Assembly (NCBI GenBank): GCA_041613315.1
Contig: JBFJHJ010000022.1
Coordinates: 1-51,324 of the forward strand
Reading direction: 5' to 3'
Origin: Gemmatimonadales bacterium
GTDB lineage: Bacteria; Gemmatimonadota; Gemmatimonadetes; Gemmatimonadales; GWC2-71-9
DNA length: 51,324 nucleotides
In this document: piece after piece, positions 46,993 through 51,324 of the stretch
Numbering within the stretch: the first letter of the stretch is position 1
Layout: the number at the start of each line of letters is the position of its first letter
The notes under the pieces: model-generated
Seen by the model: the letters and a program-made list of their open reading frames with translations, nothing else
What the model was told of the DNA's origin: nothing
Databases searched by the model: none
Translations under genes and position numbers: made by a program

Positions 46993-48585
46993 ATGACCAC
47001 ACCTCCGCCGGCACCCGATACAGCACCGCGCCTCGCTGCGGCGCTCGGCTCCCAGTATGACGTACGCCGTCTCGTGGGGCACGGCGGCTTCGCGGACGTC
47101 TACGAGGTCTGGGATCGCGAGCTCGAGCGGCGGCTCGCGGTCAAGGTGTTGCGGCCCGACATCGCGTGGACGCCGGGAACGCTCGCGCGGTTCAAGGAGG
47201 AGACGCGAGCCATCGCCCGCCTCGAGCATTCGAATATCCTAGCGATCCATTTCGTCGGCGAGGCCGAGGGCATCGTGTACTACGCGATGCCGTACATCGA
47301 AGGACAGTCGCTGGGCGACCTCCTTCGTCGCTCCGGCCCCCTCCCGGCCGACCGTGCGCTCGACATCGCCATGCCGGTCCTGGATGCGCTCGCTCACGCG
47401 CACGAGCAAGGTTTGATTCACCGCGATCTCAAGCCCGACAACATCATGCTGGATCACACGCGGGGCCGGCCACTGCTCGTGGACTTCGGGATCGCCAAGC
47501 GGCTCGATGCCGACGGTGGGATCACCCAAACGGGTCTCGTGGTCGGGACCCCGCACTACATGAGTCCCGAGCAGGCGTTGGGCGAGCGCAATCTCGATGC
47601 GCGCTCCGACCTCTACTCGATGGGCGCTGTCCTGTTCCAGATGATGACCGGGGCCCCGCCGTTCGACGCGGACTCGTCGCAGGAGATCGTGGGCAAGCAC
47701 ATTACCGAACCTCCCCGCCCGCCGGCCGAGGTGAACGCCGAGGTTCCCGTCTGGCTCTCGGATGCGATTACCCGCTGCCTGGAGAAGAAACCCGCCCGCC
47801 GCTTCCAGTCCGCACGGGACCTGCTCGCAGCTCTCGAAGCCGGACGCGGACCGGCCCCCGTGCGCGCCACCGGTCTCCGGTCGGCCGCGGCGGGCGTGGG
47901 GACGCCGACGTTGGGCGCCGAAACGGACGTCGTGCCCAGCGGGGAACGGACGCACGCCAGTGCCCCCCGGCGCTCGCGTACCCGTGCCGTCAGACGCTTG
48001 GCGCTCGTCGTCCTGCCCGTGCTCTTCTTCGGATCGCTGACGGTGTGGTGGATCTCACGCCCGCGGCTCGTGTTCGCCAATCGGCTGGCGGCGGCCGTCA
48101 CCGTGACGGCCGGTGAGACCCGACGCGTCGTGGACGCCGGCGCGCGGCTCGCCGTACCGCTCCGCCGGGGTAGACCACTGACGGCGATATGGAGTCTCGT
48201 CCGCCCCACCGATACCGAGGGGCGGCCGCTTGGCGTCGCGATCGCGGACACGTTCGATGTCAGGCGTCCCCGCGGCCGCGTGCACCGGGCGGCCGAGGTG
48301 AGGGTGGGGAAAGACGCCTACTTCGCGCCGCTCATCACGAACAACACGGGCCGTGCGCTCACGGTCACGATCAACGCCGGACTGGCCGGCGCCACCTCCT
48401 GCGGCTGCGCGGTGCCCTCCGGTGCCGTCCGGATGCTTATCGGCTACTACCCGCTGTACGCCAACTCTACGGTGCGGGTCGAAACGCCCGAGGGCCTGAC
48501 CGCCATGTTTCAGGACCTGGGACCCGAGGTCGATCCGGCGACCGGCGTCGTCGGGCTCCGGTTCGAAGCGGGAGATCTGCGCTAG
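46993..48585 (+). CDS. Membrane Ser/Thr kinase with C-terminal extracytoplasmic beta domain
   Basis: GHGGFADVY, AVK, HRDLKPDN, DFG, GTPHYMSPEQ; TM LALVVLPVLFFGSLTVWWI. Confidence 0.88.
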   Translation: MTTPPPAPDTAPRLAAALGSQYDVRRLVGHGGFADVYEVWDRELERRLAVKVLRPDIAWTPGTLARFKEETRAIARLEHSNILAIHFVGEAEGIVYYAMPYIEGQSLGDLLRRSGPLPADRALDIAMPVLDALAHAHEQGLIHRDLKPDNIMLDHTRGRPLLVDFGIAKRLDADGGITQTGLVVGTPHYMSPEQALGERNLDARSDLYSMGAVLFQMMTGAPPFDADSSQEIVGKHITEPPRPPAEVNAEVPVWLSDAITRCLEKKPARRFQSARDLLAALEAGRGPAPVRATGLRSAAAGVGTPTLGAETDVVPSGERTHASAPRRSRTRAVRRLALVVLPVLFFGSLTVWWISRPRLVFANRLAAAVTVTAGETRRVVDAGARLAVPLRRGRPLTAIWSLVRPTDTEGRPLGVAIADTFDVRRPRGRVHRAAEVRVGKDAYFAPLITNNTGRALTVTINAGLAGATSCGCAVPSGAVRMLIGYYPLYANSTVRVETPEGLTAMFQDLGPEVDPATGVVGLRFEAGDLR

Positions 48586-48631
48586 GCGGTTCGCCCGCCT
48601 CGCGCGGCCGTCGCGCCGTTCGGCGACAAGG

Positions 48632-51094
48632 TCACCGCGGATCGAGCACCCGACCGATGCGCGCCTCGAGATCCACCAGATGTGCCCGCGTGGCCCGGTC
48701 GGTCACCTGTGGCAGCGCCGTGCGGATGCGCTGGGCAATCTCCTGCATCTCGAGCCGCGCCACCGCGCGGGCGTCACCTGGCCGCGCGGTCGGCGACTGG
48801 CCGAAGAACCCCTGGCCTCCGCGCCGCTGCGGCTCGAGCGGCGTGTTGATCAACCGATCCATCTCCTCGACGAACGTTCGCTGGAGATTGCGCCGGTAGG
48901 GATCCACCGCCGGCGCCTGCGCGCCCAGCTCCGCGAAGATCCCCCGCCGCACGTCGCGGAACAGATCGACCAGCACATACGCCTGGCCCGCCGGCAGGGT
49001 CGCTTCTTGCTCGACCAGACGCGACAATCGCCCGTCCTGGAACAACGTCCCCAGGATCGCCTCCTGCCGCTGACGAATGCGTTCGACGAAGCCGGTGGGT
49101 TCGATGCGCCGCAAGATCTCCGCGTCGAAGAAGAACGCGGGGGTCCGGAAGACGTTCTCATTCAGGAATCGCACGGCTTCGGCCTGTTTGGCACGTGGCA
49201 CCGGCGTGTGGAGGATGCCGGCTTGGTTGGGGTACTTCTCGTGCCGGTACACCCCGCCCACGACGACGGCCACGTGGCCCATTTCGCGTGCCCACTGCGC
49301 GATCAGCTCGCCGTACAGCTCGTCGAGTAACGAATAGTCCTGCAGCGGCCGCGTCGTGGCCGCGGGCATCACCATCGGCACCAGGCGCTTGATGTTGGCG
49401 AGCCCGAGCGTCGACGCTTTGACGGGGTCGTCGCCAAGCGCCTCGGTCTGCGTGCGCGGATCGATGCCGTCGGGATTCCCGAAGCGAAGCCAGGGCTTGG
49501 TGTCTTGCTCCCGGGCGAGCGAGTCGAGGTACGGTCGCTCGGACTCGGGCCCGCCGCCACCGGGCACTCTCCCGTATCCCCACCGGATCGCGTAGTAGTC
49601 CCACGGCCCGATCTTCGGCATGAGCTGCACGTCATCGCCGGGTTGGGCCACGTAGTTGTTCCGCGCGTAATCCATGATGGAATACGACGTGCCATTCGCG
49701 CGGGTGTACGCAGGGCTCCGCAGCGAGTCCACCGGATAGTAGCCCGACGAGAGCTGGTTATGCGGCAAGCCCAGGGTATGACCCACCTCGTGCGCCGACA
49801 CGAACGCGATCAGCTCGCCCAGCACCGAATCCGGCAACGGCAGCGTCCGGGCCCGCGGGTCCACGGCGCCGGCCTGGGTCCAGTACCACGACTCCACCAG
49901 CGCCGACACGTTCTGGAACCAGCCGATGTTGGATTGCAGGATCTCGCCGCTCCGCGGGTCGTTCACGTGCGGGCCATAGGCGTTCCGCACCGTCGACGGC
50001 AGCCACCGAATGGTCGAGTAGCGCATGTCGTCCAGGTCGAACGTCGGATCGTCCACAGGCGCCGGACGGGCGGTGATGGCGTTGCTGAAGCCCGCGGCAC
50101 GGAAAACCGGCTCCCACATCTCGACGCCCTTGATGATCCAGGGCACCCACTTGGGAGGTGTCGCCGGATCGACGTAGTAGACGATCGGGTTGACCGGTTC
50201 GGAGACTGGCGCATCGGGGTTCTTGGGCTCCAGCCGCCAGCGCGTGATGTAGCAACGCCGCGGCACGCGGGCCTCGTCCTCGCCGTAGTCCTCGAAGCGG
50301 ACAGCGAAAAAGCCCACACGGTTGTCACACAGCCGGGGCTGCATCGGCGTCTCCGGTAGCAGCAACATGGAGTAGTTCATCAGGATGGTGAGCGACTGCA
50401 GCGACCGATCGGGACGATCGCCCGGCGCGCCCGGCGCTGAATCGACTTCGAACGTGTGCAGGGCACTCACCTCGATGTTCCGCGGAAAGGCTTGCGCGCG
50501 CTCGAGCAGGGAGCGCGAGGGGTCGAAGCGCCGGACCCGGACGTTGCTCTGTCTGAGGTTCAACTCCGCCACGTCGGTCGTGAACAGGCGGGTCACTTCG
50601 ATCACCGCGTTGCTGTCCGGCTGGCTCCACGCCGCGATGTCGAAGCTCATGATGATGGGCGCCTGATTCGACAGGTCCACGGCGCGGCGGACGGGCTGGG
50701 TGCTGTCGGCCCGCATCTCGTAGTTGACGAGGCGGAGCAGCACCTTGTTCCCCATCCGCTCCCACCGCACCACGCGCGCCGTGATCTGCTCGCCCGCATA
50801 GCGGACCCCGCGAGTGGTGCCCCGCTGGTCGGCCACCAGCCGGAACTCGCGGCCCAGGCGGACGCGCGGGATCTCGTAGTACAGCTTCTCGTTGACCCGA
50901 TGTACGAGGAACACGCCCGTATCGCTCACGGCCTGGGCGGTGATCACTTCCCGGTAGGGCTTCGGACCTTCCTGTTGGCCCCGTTGCTGCTGGCCTTCCT
51001 GACCCTGCTGCTGGCCGGGCCGGGGGCGTTGGGCGGACAACGGCGCGTGGACGACCGCGGCCAGCGCGGCGAGCGCGACAAGGGTACGGAGCAT
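48632..51094 (-). CDS. Exported zinc metalloprotease (DUF5117/DUF4953, metzincin-like)
   Basis: Signal peptide; HEVGHTLGLPH, SIMDY Met-turn, DNRVGFF, YITRWRL, DPRSGEI. Confidence 0.88.
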   Translation of the reverse strand: MLRTLVALAALAAVVHAPLSAQRPRPGQQQGQEGQQQRGQQEGPKPYREVITAQAVSDTGVFLVHRVNEKLYYEIPRVRLGREFRLVADQRGTTRGVRYAGEQITARVVRWERMGNKVLLRLVNYEMRADSTQPVRRAVDLSNQAPIIMSFDIAAWSQPDSNAVIEVTRLFTTDVAELNLRQSNVRVRRFDPSRSLLERAQAFPRNIEVSALHTFEVDSAPGAPGDRPDRSLQSLTILMNYSMLLLPETPMQPRLCDNRVGFFAVRFEDYGEDEARVPRRCYITRWRLEPKNPDAPVSEPVNPIVYYVDPATPPKWVPWIIKGVEMWEPVFRAAGFSNAITARPAPVDDPTFDLDDMRYSTIRWLPSTVRNAYGPHVNDPRSGEILQSNIGWFQNVSALVESWYWTQAGAVDPRARTLPLPDSVLGELIAFVSAHEVGHTLGLPHNQLSSGYYPVDSLRSPAYTRANGTSYSIMDYARNNYVAQPGDDVQLMPKIGPWDYYAIRWGYGRVPGGGGPESERPYLDSLAREQDTKPWLRFGNPDGIDPRTQTEALGDDPVKASTLGLANIKRLVPMVMPAATTRPLQDYSLLDELYGELIAQWAREMGHVAVVVGGVYRHEKYPNQAGILHTPVPRAKQAEAVRFLNENVFRTPAFFFDAEILRRIEPTGFVERIRQRQEAILGTLFQDGRLSRLVEQEATLPAGQAYVLVDLFRDVRRGIFAELGAQAPAVDPYRRNLQRTFVEEMDRLINTPLEPQRRGGQGFFGQSPTARPGDARAVARLEMQEIAQRIRTALPQVTDRATRAHLVDLEARIGRVLDPR

Positions 51095-51324
51095 GGCATC
51101 CTCACGTACGGGGATGTGGGGGGGGGTGAACCGGCCAACGAGGGCGCCGACCGATACGACTCGGTGCGAATCATGCCCTTGGGGACGGTCCGATGCTAGG
51201 GCGGCCACCGGGGACGATCCCGGCAGCGCTTGGCGGCCATGCGCTGCCGCCTCACCTGGCCGCCATCGAGACGCTGACGCGCGGGGCCGCGCGTGAGTGA
51301 TCGGCCGAGCAGCGGCGGGGGGCG

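Noticed and set aside
1..51324. tRNA, rRNA, transposase, integrase or prophage
   Set aside because: None recognisable by eye; gaps are short and composition looks uniform. A covariance-model scan was not possible.

Overview
A GC-rich, densely coding bacterial window. Three Hanks-type Ser/Thr kinases, a CocE/NonD hydrolase, a diheme cytochrome-TPR fusion and a DUF5117/DUF4953-type metalloprotease suggest Gemmatimonadota, which is inference only. I could support about 48 CDS and saw no rRNA, tRNA, CRISPR array or mobile element. Recognisable blocks: PhoX, topoisomerase IB and Glu dehydrogenase (1-5.2 kb); an 8-gene form II cox-like molybdenum hydroxylase cluster, order S-L-M-G-D-E-xdhC-mocA (24.4-32.4 kb); and an sqr-tusE-dsrE-arsR sulfur operon (42.7-45.2 kb). 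Best leads: (1) a cytoplasmic non-RD kinase with CxxC in its activation loop, facing an ABATE/CGNR zinc-finger gene across overlapping mirror-image sigma70 promoters with TAACC...GGTTA repeats; (2) a small ADP-ribosyltransferase-like ORF followed by two tandem paralogues resembling stand-alone LeuA allosteric domains; (3) a Tat-exported M24 hydrolase with altered metal ligands, next to the cox cluster whose leader can hide its own RBS; (4) a 39-codon C39-like peptidase remnant, missing from the ORF track, beside a non-canonical Ddl-like ligase. Family calls come from motif recognition by eye; no database search was run.
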